Source: Octopus sinensis (lineage: Eukaryota). From it: a stretch of DNA of 64,000 nucleotides. The DNA is taken from positions 22,010,001 through 22,074,000 of the forward strand of contig NC_043012.1 in assembly GCF_006345805.1 (NCBI RefSeq). Reading direction: 5' to 3'. Each line of letters begins with the position of its first letter. Positions within the stretch are counted from its first letter, which is position 1. Below, piece after piece: positions 33,935-46,890 of the stretch. The translations under genes were made by a program, and so were the position numbers. The notes under the pieces were generated by a model, which had not been told where the DNA came from, searched no databases, and worked only from the letters and a program-made list of their open reading frames with translations.

Positions 33935-35655
33935 GGCACGAAAGGGATGCTGGAAAAGGATCGAAGGGCACCAAGGACCACCTTGTGATAGACAAGGTTA
34001 TAATGAAGAACTGTAAACGGTACCAAAAAACAAAAAAAAACCACTTCAAAAAGGTTTATATGTTACTGTATTCTTAGATTTTGGAAACACTCGACATGTG
34101 TGGAATAGCTGAGGGGTGCACTGATTAAGAACAGCATGCTTAGTAGGAAAATACGTTTTTCCTGTAACAATCAGCATTTAACTGAGGTAACAATCAAAAG
34201 AGGTGTCTTCCAATGACGCTCTTGTTCACCTTGTTATAGTCTTGATTCCACTTTCTGTAGTCCTACGCAAAATCGACGTACATTATGAGCTGAGGAAGAA
34301 TGGACCCCGTCTCAACCACCTTCTCTTCATGGAGGATTTAAAACTGTTTACCAAAAACAGAGCCTGAAATAGAGAGGTTGGTTGAGACTGCAAATATGCC
34401 GCAAGAATATAGGGATGGAATTCGGTATCTCGAAGAGTACGATGCTTACTTTGAAGTGGGAGAAAAGAGTAAATTGAAGGAGCATAGAATTGCCCAACGG
34501 AGAGAGAATGGAAGACCCGGATGATGATGGGTACAAGCACCTTGGGATCCTGGAGCTGGACAATATCTTGCATAAAGAAATGAAAGACAAGGTCATCACT
34601 GTGTATTTCAAGCACCTCAAACTTCACTTGAAATCAAAACTCAACTCAAGGAATCTTGTGACTGCCATCAACACATGGGATGTTGCTGTAGTCCGCTATA
34701 GTGCACCCATTCTGAAATGGACACAAGCGGAGGTTAACCAACTCGATCGCACTACCCGAAAGACAATGAAAATGCATGGTACCTTCTACCCTATAGCAAA
34801 TATACACAGGCTCTACATGAAGAGAGGTAAAGGTGGACGTGGACTGATTAGCGTACGGGAGTGCGTCAACAGTGAAAGAAGAAACATGGCAGAATATTTG
34901 GTAAGCAGCAAACAAGACCTGCTACAGCATACTGCTAGTGCAGAAGGAGTTAACAAAATTGGACTTGAGAGTGATCACGAACAGCGAACGAGAAAGAAGA
35001 AACCCTACTCAGTATGGAATTACATGGACAGTTCCACCGTGAAACCAACAAATTAAAAGACTAAGAAGCATCATGGAGGTGGCTCAACAAGAGTGACCTA
35101 AGAAAGAATACTGAAAGCCTAATCATCGCGGCCCAGGACCAGGCGTTGAATACCACTTCAGTGAAAAATAATATATACCACACAAGTACAACGGACCTCT
35201 GCAGAATGTGTGGGAACAGGGTCGTATGTGTGATTCACATTGTTAGGGTTTGCGAAAGTCTTGCGCAGAAAGAGTACAAGTGTAGACACAACAAGGTAGC
35301 CCAAAACATCCACTGGCTACTATGCCGTAAGTATGGATATGAAGTTACAGGTTCTTGGTACCAACATACACCGGAAAAGGTAATGGACGAAAAGGAGAAG
35401 GCAAAAATCCTCTGGGACTTTAATTTCCAGACAGACAAGGTGTTAGAGCAGCGAAGGCCGGATATAGTAACCCTTAGGAGGGACAAACAAGAGTGCCTAA
35501 TAATCAACGTGGAAGTGCCAGAAGATCAACACATCATTAGGAAAGAAGGAGAAAATGTTGATAAATATGAGACCTAAGAACTGAAATCGCTAAAATGTGG
35601 CAGCTACGAGAGTCAAGCATAAAGGTTATCCCTATTGTCATCGGAGCATTAGGTT
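33935..35655 (+). mobile_element. R4/Dong-type RLE LINE remnant (RT, CCHC knuckle, endonuclease)
   Basis: KGSKGTKDHLVIDK; NHLLFMEDLKLF; YKHLGILE..KSKLNSRNLVTAINTW..RLYMKRGKGGRGLISV; CRMCG..HIVRVC..YKCRHN; ILWDFNFQTDKVLEQRRPDIV. Confidence 0.92.
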
Positions 35656-36542
35656 AATGACTCAAAGAAATGCAAACTATCGCATATCCTTTTTAGAACT
35701 TGACTCCAACGCACTGCTGAATTAAAGATCAGAAGTTTCCAGCAAGTGTAAACATATGGACAAGTTTCTTTTGGCGAATTAGAAAACACCAACGTCTCGG
35801 GACAGAGCAGTTGTATTTCAGACATTAGACTCTCCTCCGTTACTTCATCACCAACAAGCCTTATTATGGCTTTACGATCAATGAGGACATAATTCTAACG
35901 TTCCTTTCATATAGGTCATATACTGAAAATATGAAGATTACCTAGAGACACTAGTTGTGTTATATACACCTGCCTAGTTCACGTCTCGTATGTATGAAAC
36001 TTTTAGTAGTTCATAACTAGAAACAATCTACGTTAAAGGCTATTTATCTCTCGTCGAATGGAATACGTTTTCTGTTGATGTTACCTCAACGAACATATAT
36101 GATTTGAATTGAACTGAACCAGTTTTAGCTCACAATCTGTGGACATGCTGGAGCACCGCCATGTATATATACTTTTATATTCTCATAGACACACACACTC
36201 ACAAACACACACATACACACAGACTTCTTGAGTACTCAAAGATTTGGAAATTGGTAGGTTCTAACAACCCGACATTTTATCAGCAAGTCTAATCAACACC
36301 CCTAATCTTATTGACAAAAATCGATAGGATTCGACCTGCCGGTTTTAAGATCTTTGTACAATAATCCGATGTCAGGTTTATAAATATTTGTTTAACATTC
36401 CATTCCTATGTATTGAATCAATCGTTCCTAGTGTGAAGTGTGAATGAATTTCTTAATCTCTCCATTAAGTTAGTTATGTGTGTGTGTGTGACGGGGGAGT
36501 GCGAGCACGTTGTGTATGTATATGCATGTTGTGTGTACGTGC

Positions 36543-36623
<81 letters not shown>

Positions 36624-36675
36624 CGCGCGCGCGTGTGTGTGTGTGTGTGTGTGGTGTGTGTGTGTGTGCGCGCGC

Positions 36676-36710
<35 letters not shown>

Positions 36711-36941
36711 CGTGTGTGTGTGTGTGTATGCGTGTATATAGCTGGAATTTTCAAAAAAAAAAAAAAAATTAGACGAAGACAGGTGTGTAAACAACAAACA
36801 GGTGTATTAGTTTTAACGCTCGGGAAGGTGAGAAAGTCTTTTACGTTTCGAGCCTACGCTTTTCAACAGAAAGGAACACGAGAAAATAAACAGAGAGAAT
36901 AAAAAAAGCTTTAGTGGCTTGTGGTCAATCTTGGCGCTGAC

Positions 36942-37025
<84 letters not shown>

Positions 37026-37137
37026 CACACACATATGCACACACACACACACACATATATATACATGTAAATATATATGTATGTATGAATATAGATGCAT
37101 ATACGTGTAATATATTTATACGTGTGTGCTTCTATTT

Positions 37138-37175
<38 letters not shown>

Positions 37176-37429
37176 AAGAGAGGAGGGTCTGTATGTATAT
37201 GAGTCGGGGCGCACAACATGTGTCTGTATAGGCGTGCGACAACTGTAGAACTAGACAGGTTTTTATGTGACTATATAATAAATATTATAGGCAAGTGTCT
37301 AGAAGATTCATTTGACTTAATTAGCTTTTCGCTCCATATTCATGTTTTACTTGACCATCTATGTGGGGTTGGCAGAGATGAGCGTAGGACTCTCTCGGAA
37401 GGTATTTTCTCTACTAACGAGTGTATATG

Positions 37430-37431
37430 TA

Positions 37432-37493
<62 letters not shown>

Positions 37494-37505
37494 TATATAT
37501 ATACT

Positions 37506-37541
<36 letters not shown>

Positions 37542-37560
37542 TATATATATATATACTTAC

Positions 37561-37610
<50 letters not shown>

Positions 37611-37611
37611 T

Positions 37612-37698
<87 letters not shown>

Positions 37699-37829
37699 GT
37701 ATGTATGTATATGTACGTTTATGTATATACGTATACACACACATATATATATGAATTATATATTATATATGTATGCATGCGTATACACGTTTGTCCAAAC
37801 ACACACGCACACATATATGTGTCTATATA

Positions 37830-37878
<49 letters not shown>

Positions 37879-37880
37879 TG
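37430..37880. repeat. Long (TA)n-rich microsatellite
   Basis: Read directly. Confidence 0.95.
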
Positions 37881-38617
37881 TGTGTATGTGTTCGTTTGTG
37901 TATGTATGTATGGGCAAATGATATTTTACATATATTAGTATCTATTAATGTTGAAATTGTATCCAAACAATCATAGTCCAAACACCGCCGACGCTGTTAA
38001 GAACGCCATAAACAACCACGAACACCCCATACACACGTTCTTACACCCTTATGCTGACAAATACACACAAACACAACCTTGGACACACATACAGATACAT
38101 ACCCGCGTACACACATACGTGCACACATTCACACACATGCACAAATGTATGTATGTATGCATGCAAGTGTTTGTGAGTAATAAAGTCACACCATAAATTG
38201 CTATTACAGCCATCATCATAACTGTTTCTGTGTTTTGAGTTTGTGGGCGAATTTCATGATTATTCATAATTATACGACAGAATACCTTGAGAAATTTAGT
38301 TATAGCCATTTATGTTCCGAGTTCGATTCCTGCTAATGCATAGTTTATTTTCTTAATTCCTCAGCTCCGCTAAAATAAAATAATTTACAGTGACCTTTCT
38401 TCAAAAATAAAATCTTTTCTTGAGACCAGGGACTCACGATGAACTTGATCATCTGGTTTCCAGGGCGAGGAAGTGACCGAGATCACAGAATTCTCCTTGA
38501 ACGAGATGCCAGGTTCAAGGTCAACAACAACACACACACACACACACACACACACAGTAGAAACAGCTGTAAGCTAATGAAATTCATTGCATAATTTTGG
38601 GCTCCTTTATAGTATTA

Positions 38618-38998
38618 CTAGCATTATCGCCCGGCGTTGCTCGGGTTTGTAAGGGAAATAACTATAAAGCATTTTTAGAGAGTTATAGCCAAAAAATAGC
38701 AAAAAAATGCGAAAAAAATGATGGTAAATTTTTTTGAGAGTTAAAAAGGTCGAGTTGCGTCCCCTAGACAGTCTGTGGTTTGTGTTTCTGATTCTCGATC
38801 CCATGTCGAATTTATCGATTTTTTTCAGAACAGGGGGAACTTTTCAAAATTTTCGCTGCGTTAGTTTTGAATTATGACATTGAGCTATGTGTGTGTCAAG
38901 TTTCATCAGAATCGGTTGAAAGCCGTGGTCAGGGTGAGGGTACAACCTAACAGACACACAGACGCAGAAAGACAAACTGCCATTTATATATAGAGAGA
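38618..38998 (-). mobile_element. Non-autonomous Helitron
   Basis: A|TCTCTCTATATATAAA 5' end, CCCGAGCAACGCCGGG subterminal hairpin and CTAG|T 3' end. Confidence 0.85.
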
Positions 38999-39564
38999 TT
39001 ATTAACATCATTGTGCTTGTTATTGCCGTTGTTTTTGTTATTGTTGTTGCTTTGTTGTTGTTTTTGTTGCTGTTGTTCTTCTATCGACACGTATTGCACA
39101 TCGCTCACGTAAGTTTGTTATTATTTATATGTTACACAAAGTTATATATTGCGCATTCATTATCGTTATGTAGATAAAATAACCAGGGCCTTAGGGAGCT
39201 GGATAGTTTTTCTCTACCTGTTGCCCTTAGGGGTTAAACAGGGATTTGTTTAGTAAATACGGCGGATCAACAAAGCAACGAGGTTATCCTGAACTTCACA
39301 AAGCTTCACGAGGCTGTTGAGGGCAAATGGCCGAGATGGCACCTGTGCAAGGACACAAACCACCTCGAAGCCTTTTGCCCACAACAAGAAAACTAACACT
39401 CCCACTGACATCACCACCACAACAACAACAGCAAAAAAACAGCAGCAACAACACCAACAGAGGCTGGTGGCCACATCACCAGTTACATGACCGAAACTTA
39501 CGGCTGCGAAAGCAATATCAACAGTTATTGCAGCATCCACAGCAGCAGCATTATCACCACCACC

Positions 39565-39898
39565 GCTAAGGCGCGTGCCCTAAGAAATGAGGGTAAGAAA
39601 GCCGTTCGATGAGCCCTAGTGGCAGAGGAGCAGCGTGATAAATACAAAAATTTTGAAATCTGCGTTCAACAGCGATTATGGGCTTAAATTTTTCTCTTGA
39701 CCCCCTTCCCCTTGTTTGGGTCCTTTCTCAGCAGAACTCACAGAACTAGGAATTTTCCCTTTCTGTTGCCAGTTGCTAAATGCGCCCATTTTGGTCCGTC
39801 AAAAACTGAATTGTGTGTTCGTTATCATATTGTGCTTTTGTCACTAGGGCCCATCGAACGGCTTTCGTGCCCTCATTTCTCAGAGAATGCGTCTTAGC
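39565..39898. mobile_element. MITE with ~60-bp terminal inverted repeats
   Basis: 39565-39624 matches the reverse complement of 39839-39898 with about 9 mismatches in 60. No ORF. Confidence 0.8.
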
Positions 39899-40127
39899 TC
39901 TGACAATGCTTAGTTCGTAATTAACGTTGAAAAATTGGTCCAGGGACACTTCACCACCATCACATTGGTTTCGATGCTTTTCCTAAGCGCTTTCTAAGTT
40001 TCTAAGTGTTAGCAAAGAGGTTCACGCTTGTCTTCGAGGAACTGATTGTTGATGCGATACATCATATACAAGGTTTGTAAAGAAACTGGTATGGATAGAA
40101 ACCTGATAGATTTTGATCAGTTTAGAG

Positions 40128-40307
40128 GAGTGATTCTCAACCTGGAGTCCACGGACCCCTGCTGGTCTGCAGTGATAGTACTGGGGGTCCGTGAACTAAA
40201 TTCAAAATTTCATATATATATATATATATACACACACACATAAGGATAGGCATATTAAAAGGGGTCTGTGGGAAAACTCATTTAAATAAAAGGGTTGGGA
40301 ACCACTG
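40128..40307. mobile_element. hAT (Charlie-type) MITE inserted in the Tx1 RT
   Basis: TIRs GAGTGATTCTCAACC / GGTTGGGAACCACTG with an 8-bp TSD GTTTAGAG / ATTTAGAG. Removing the element restores the frame DQFRAFDK. Confidence 0.85.
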
Positions 40308-42099
40308 ATTTAGAGCCTTTGATAAAGTCAACCATCAATACTTGGCTACTGTTCTCGCGGTGGACGGTTTCGGGTCTTATTTTCCGTCGTTGGGTCGCCA
40401 TAACATACAGTGGCAGCTACACGGTAGTTCGGGTGAATGGTTACCTATCGGAACCATTCAGCACCATGTGCTCAGTCCGTCAAGGGTGTCTGCTCCCGTC
40501 TCTTCTGTATGTATTGGCTCTAGATCCACTACTGCGGAAACCGGAGGCATCGAGAGAACGCTAGGACATGGAAGAACTGTGTTAGAATACGTAGACAACG
40601 TCACCGTTATAGTGTTGGACACCAGGCACATTGACCTGGTCGACAATGCTCTAAAAGAATAGAAGACGATGACAGGAGCCAAATCTAACCAAGAAACGTC
40701 AGTGGGCCTGCAGCTCGGCAATGCCGCCCATTAACGATATGTGGCACTGGACAGAGGGACCGGTTAAGTTGCTAGGTGTCTGGTTTGGTCTGGATCTCCA
40801 GGTAGAGAAGTACTCGGACAAGTTGACGAGCAAGGTAGCCAATCTCGCCCAGGAATGGTCCGAGAGAAAGCTATCCATGAAAGGTTGGGCAGAGGTGACT
40901 AATGCTTACATCACCGCCATTATATATCATCGTCTGATCGTCGTGCCTTACCCTAATTTACGTCTGACCAAATACGAGCGCATACTATTCCACTTGCTAT
41001 CAACACCCACTGACTGGAGGGATGGGTATGTCGTAAATGCTGAAGCGCAGACGTGCACTGAGGCTGTGATGTGCGCAACGTTTCCTTGACGGTTAGTGGC
41101 TCTAGTCGCCATTTGTCAGACTTACTCTTCCACAGCTAGTCTTTGGATATAGCCTAGACTGAGACAGGGCGCCTGACATCTTGAGTGTAGTCAGGCACTA
41201 CAATCCTCTGTGGGGCATTGTCGGTTCGGGATAAACTCTACAGGCATGGAAGTACTGTCAGCCTGTCTTGCCGAAGATGCGCACAAAGCAACAAAACTGT
41301 TCTGCACGCTCTCGTCCCGAGCCCGAATATTGCTGACTTGTGGGTTTATGTTAAACACCTGCTGTCACGTGTGGGACGAATCCGGCAATTAGATGAATCC
41401 ATTGTAAAGATCACCTCGCTGTTTTCCCTTGGCCAGGAAGGACAGGCAGTGTTTCTTTGCCCGGTGGCCTTATCGAAAGTTATGTGGTGGACCGGATTGA
41501 AAGAGCTGAAGACAGATACTTTTCCTTCTGGCCGAGCCTTCATCAACTTTTTCAAGTTTCACTTGAAAAGGAATGTGAGGGTAGGAAGGGAAGTGATACC
41601 TCCGGGCAATTTTGCTGAGAGATGGGCGAATGTGGCAAGAATGGTGCAAGTGAATGGGCCTATACTAAGCATGCGCCTATAGACGGTAAGGAGAGGACAC
41701 TTGCCCTAGTGGTCAGGGCCACCTTGGTTTTGTGGGGTTTTCACAAACAGCCTTAGGAAGTCTGCCACTTTGAGACAACAAGTCAGAAGTTCAAGTCGGT
41801 AATATAACTAGGGTGGTAGATAACTGCCATGTTTTTTGGATTTGTACAAGGTATTGATCTAGAGAAGGTGTTTGCTTTTATGCACATTTAAAATTACTTT
41901 TGATAATATGTTTAATGATTACAATGTCTTTTGGAATTACATAGACAGCCATTTTTGTAGGATATGAGCAGTTCCTTTGAACACTATTTTTTTGAATTTC
42001 TTCCATATTTGGTTCCCTGGATTCTGAGATAGGTGAAAATCAGCCACTTCCACTTTCATTCTTAGGGCATCTATGACAACAAATACTGTTCTAGTCTTG

Positions 42100-42400
42100 A
42101 GTTTCTATGTTTTGACAATTTCTATTTCAAGATCTTTGAACTTGCTCAGTTTTGGTAAGTCTTGGCAAACACAATTATGTCGGTTGGGACAGTCATACAG
42201 ATTAAAAAGCATGATTTTTGTCTGACTTATATGCATCTGTCTTTCTGTTTGTTTGAACAGAAAAGTTCCATAGGAGTGAGATATGATCATGTTATACAAT
42301 TGGAAGTAATTTGTATTCCCACAGGTTTTTGTCATGGGGTAAAGTCTAGATCCCAGCAAATTATCCAGTGAATATACTGTGCCGCTCTATCATACTTGTT
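42100..42400 (-). mobile_element. Degenerate R4/Dong-type C-terminal fragment
   Basis: KLSKFKDLEIEIVKT on the minus strand. Confidence 0.5.
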
Positions 42401-42608
42401 GAGATACTCAGAGGGTGCGAAAAGGCTGCACATCGACCAATATGACGGATGGTTTCAGTCTGTTGTTTACATGCACGACATGTTGGGCTACAGTCGTTCT
42501 TTAAGATGTTGACCTGTTATTATTATTCCTATATTTGTATTGTCCCCTCACCCATCGTCCTGGTGGCAAATAAATGAAATCATTATTATTATTATTATTA
42601 TTATTATT

Positions 42609-43195
42609 TTATTTCTCAGAACGTTCGGTCTTGTTTGTTCTGGTCGATTCTGTGAGAGCAGATAGAAGCCTGCCGTCAGAAGTCTCACAGTCACTTTCCG
42701 TATATTGATACTTGGTTGTTAATTATCGTGAGAGACATTCAACGCCCAAGTATCAATATCAAAATCGTAGCTGTCCCTAGCAGACCAGATGTTTGGGCTT
42801 GCTCTGCTCTCATATCAATTACGATTTCATTGACATATTACTCGAACTTAATTGTTAGTGCTCCGAGTGCCCCTACAACTACTGGAATGACAGACACTCT
42901 CCTCATTGTCCGCATTCTTGCAATTTTGTCTTTTAGTAGTCTGTACTTTTCAATCTTTTCTAGTTCTTTGTCACTTACACATGCATCTCCAAGTATTGCA
43001 ATATCTATGATCTTAGTTTTCTTTTTTTCCTTTATCTACCACAATATCTAGTCTCCGAGTCTCGATTAGGGAGTCACATGGGATTCTAAAATCTCACAGT
43101 ATCTTATGTTCCTTCCTTGTTCTCGGTGATTCCTTTTCATTCATATTCGTATAATTTCTGTGCTCTGTTCAGGCCGTACTTTCCACATAGCCTCC
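42609..43195 (-). mobile_element. R4/Dong-type LINE, 5'-truncated 3' end (family B)
   Basis: RLCGKYGLNRAQ..; DIAILGDACVSDKELEKIEKY..VIPVVVGALG..LLGTATIL. It ends in (AAT)n. Confidence 0.8.
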
Positions 43196-45376
43196 TATTA
43201 TTGTTATTCAATAGTCTTATTGTTATTACATGCTTTCACTGCACTTCCGAGCGTAGCTCTGTGTGCCTTGGGTATGTGCTGTGATTTGTTGTGCTGCTTT
43301 TATTTTCACTGTATTGGAAATGCATTACGTAGGATGTGTGCAGTGCCTAGTATTGCTATTTTCTGTATGTTATATATACTTGTAAGTCCTGGTGTTTTTG
43401 TTAGGTATATGTTTGAATTTTAAAAAATGTTTATCATACCTAATGCGCCTACTATGATACGAATTGTTTCTGCCTTTAGACTCCATATTCGAGTTTCCAG
43501 ATCTTTGTATTTTGAAAGTTCTTTTAGAGAAACGTTGTCATTTATTGGTATTAGTACAACAATTAGAAAGCATCTTTTTTCTTGATGATCTCTGACAACT
43601 ATATCCGGCCTATTGACCTTAACTTCTCTATCTGTGTGTATTGGCATATCCCATAGTATGGTTGCTTTCTCACTTTCTGTGACCTTTTCTGGCGTGTGCC
43701 TATATCATCTTTTTTCTGTTGTTATTCCATAGTGTTGGCATAACTTCCAGTGTATATAAATCCCAACTCTGTCGTGTCTGTGAATATATTCCTTCTTAGC
43801 TAGGACTGGGCAGCTAGAGAAAATATGATTTATTGTTTCTTGTCCATCTCCACATATTCTGCAGTTACTTGTTATGTTTCTTCTCATTATGTTTTTGCTA
43901 ATTTCTGGTGGGGAGGCTTTGGTCTTGTGCTGTAATTAAAAACCCTTCAGTCTCTACTTTGAGTCCTGAGCTTCTCAGCCATTGTTGGAATTTTGCTTTG
44001 TCTATTTCTTTTCTATTTAGCTTAACCCAATATTTGCCTTGAAGGAGCTTTTCTTACCATCATTTTATCATGATTCGTTGCTGTTCAAGTTTTAGTTTGG
44101 ATTTCAGTTGTTTTACAGCTTTTGTCGTTTCTTCTTTTTCTTCAAAGTTGTTAGTATGACTTCTTTTTTGTATTTGTCAGCTTCCTTAAAGACTGAAAAC
44201 TGATTTTTGTTTTGTTAATGTTTTGTGGCTATTTGTATTAGTTTTCCTTGCTTCTGAAGTAGGTATTTCTGTAGTCCTATGGTGGTTATTTTGTAATAGT
44301 TTTCTAGCTGTATAAGGCCTCTACCACCTTCGATACATTGTATATATTGCCTTTCTATGTCAGATTTTGGGTGGTGCATCCTTAATCCTGTCATTATTTT
44401 TCTTGTTTTCCTGTCTGTTTGGATTAGTTCATTTAGAGTCCAATTAAAGATATTGTAGGTGTAACTTATAACTGGAACGGCTACAGTGTTGATACCTATC
44501 CTATTTTTCGCATTGAGCTCTGTTTTCAGTATTAATCTAACTCGTTTATGATATTCCTTTTTTATTTTCTCATTTGTGTGTTGTATCGTATCTAGTTCAT
44601 TGATTCCTAAGTATTTGAATGTCTGGCTTTGGTCTCATTGTCTTATTCCATTTGCTTTATCTAGTGTAATGGTGCTATTCTTAACTAGTTTTCCTCTTTT
44701 CAAGGCTGCTTTGAAACATTTGTCTAAGCTAAATGTCATGTTTATTTCTTTGGTAAACCTACGTACTGTCTGTAGTAATGTCTCCAGCTGTTTATCATTT
44801 GTAGCGTACAGTTTTAAATCATCCATACACAAGAGATGGCTGATTGTTTTGCCGTAATAGTTGTATCCACAACCAGTTCTGTTTAGCATGTCAGATAAAG
44901 GTGTCACTGCCAAGCAGAAAAGGAGTGGAGAGAGTATGTCTCCCAGATATATTCGTCTTCTAATGGGGATGCTTTAGTTTTTATGAGTCCCTCTTTTGTC
45001 TGGAGCTGTAACACTGTCTGCTATTCATGGAATGTTTTATATATTTCATTGCTAGTGTTTCGAGGATCCATGTATGGGGAATACTTTCAAAAGCCTTTCA
45101 GTAATTGATCCAGGCCATACTTAGACCCTTCTTCTTTCTGCGGCCGTCTTCAATTATGGCTTTATAAGTCAGTAGCCGATCTTTACAGCCGTATGAGCCC
45201 TTGCAACATCCCTTCTGCTCTTCTGGAAACAGGTTCTTTTCTTCCAGATGTTTGCCCATTCTCTGCGATATTATTGCAGCAATGTCTTTGTAGGGAGACA
45301 AGTTATCAGTCAGTAATTTTGTGGGTTTGCCGTTTCAGTGGATTTGGGAATTAGGATAGTTTTCCCTTCCGTGTGC

Positions 45377-45377
<1 letters not shown>
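43196..45377 (-). mobile_element. R4/Dong-type LINE (family A), 5'-truncated, between (TAA)n tracts
   Basis: WHTEGKTILIPK..NY; FPEEQKGCCKGSYGCKDRLL; ISHLLCMDDLKLY; CRICGDGQETINHIFSSCP..RHD; NRPDIVV; KIAILGTAHILR. The 3' UTR ends AATAACAATAAT. Confidence 0.93.

Positions 45378-45465
<88 letters not shown>
45378..45465. repeat. (ATT)n microsatellite
   Basis: Read directly. Confidence 0.97.
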
Positions 45466-45466
<1 letters not shown>

Positions 45467-46051
45467 GTCACCTGTTACAATTTCTGGACGGTGAGCGTGT
45501 GTGAGCTCCGTTTGTGAGCATCATTATTCCGCAGCTCGTCTCCTTGATGGAGTTGAAGTCCTGAGTAAAGAAAAGACCAAGGCTGGGTGCCTGGCACCTA
45601 GAATATCGTCAGGCGCTCACAACCCTTTACTAGTAGGGCAATGAGATCGGTAGATGTTCTGCTTTAGAAATTTATAAAGGATTAGTGGGGGAGGAGTGCA
45701 ACGACGTTCTCGGAAAAACTCTGGGCGCCGACGAAAACGTATTGGCTACTCTGTTTCGAAGGACTTTCCGGTTGTGAACAATGTTGCATAATTTCCAGAT
45801 GTCCTTGGCCTGGCAGTGCTACCGTGTCTGTCTTTATAGCGTCCCTGTTATGACGTGTGTATACAGGTCTTGTATAAAAATGGTATTAAACATATAAATA
45901 ATTGGTTGTGGTTATCTAAAAATAATCTATCGCAGAACGTACCTCATATTACTCGAACGTAGGTACGATATGCAGTATTCAATGTTCAGGGTGTTCAGGA
46001 TTCTCCCATAATATTCCCCCCTCACCCTTCGCCCTGGTGGCAAATAAATGC
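45466..46051 (+). mobile_element. Tx1/L1-clade LINE fragment (copy 2) with the same 3' terminus as copy 1
   Basis: A single frame with stops, LRHLLQFLDGERV*APFV..PQLV..GAWHLEYRQAL..NFQMSLAWQCYR, aligns with 41058-41207 (RFLDG..SPFV..PQLV..GA*HLECSQAL). It ends CCCTCACCC..CCTGGTGGCAAATAAATGC(ATT)n. Confidence 0.75.
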
Positions 46052-46890
46052 ATTATTATTATTATTATCATTATTATTGTTGTTATTATTGTTATATACT
46101 CGATACACTCCCTCAGTTCATATGCTCTCAGACAGAGAGCATTTTTCATAGGATTTTGGAAGTTCGTAGTAGGGCAGATTTTTGTAGGGGTAAAATTGTT
46201 GGTTTAATATTTACTTGACTCACTGTATCGCAAAGTTGCTTAGGCATGGAGTGAAGAACCCTAATACTTCCTCCCTCTCCTCCTCTTTCTCCTTACTACT
46301 ACTACTACTACTACTAACTACTACTACTACTACTACTTCTACAATTACTACTGCTACTACAGTACCAGACCTTTTATCCGGCTTCCAGAAACCCAGATTT
46401 ACCAACATTCTGATTACTTTTGAAACTGGCTAATTTCTAATTCTGCCCTCTAACTGTAGTTCCCGTGCGGCCAGCTTGGTTTGGTTTCCGTGGCGTACAC
46501 GTCGCATGACGAGCCTCTTTCAGTGTGACTGCGGCTATGTAAAAGTGATCAACTCATAACAACGTATTTATTTGTGTGAATTTATTATAAGTTTCCTTTA
46601 ATAACTTTGTCTAAAAGGCCAGTGGAAACGCATCTTGCTAGTCGAAATGCAGAAAGGAATCATTTAGCTCTCAGCATAACGAAGAAATTAGTTACTCAAA
46701 GGACACAATAAAGGTGCTTCAATGCACCTTTTGGGTGAAGAGTATGATTTTAATGTATATATCTCAATCAAGAGCAACCTCCGGTCCGTGATACATTCTA
46801 AAGAAAAATTATTTTGAATTTCTTTGGTAGTGCAGTTTGCTTGATGATGATCCATAACTCATTCAGCCTGCTTCTCGAAAACGGTTACTC

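Larger units (their letters stand above)
39240..42581 (+). mobile_element. Tx1/L1-clade LINE remnant (copy 1) with nested insertions
   Basis: ORF1 knuckle remnant VEGKWPRWHLCKDTNHLEAFCP (39277-39396). RT motifs LMRYII..DQFR|AFDKVNHQYL, SVRQGCLLPSLLYVLALDPLL and EYVDNVT; KLLGVWFG; SVRDKLYRHG..CRRC..ETVLH-like region ending at 41682. Putative 3' terminus CCCCTCACCC..CCTGGTGGCAAATAAATG followed by (ATT)n. Confidence 0.8.

Noticed and set aside
37276-37400. Possible plus-strand 111-nt phase 1-1 exon (KCLEDSFDLISF..RRTLSE)
   Set aside because: It has a weak acceptor, no recognisable homology and no partner exon. Chance occurrence is likely in 64 kb.
38895-38920. CTGATGAAAC on the minus strand
   Set aside because: It is part of the Helitron subterminal motif AACCGATT.TGATGAAA, with no hammerhead stems.
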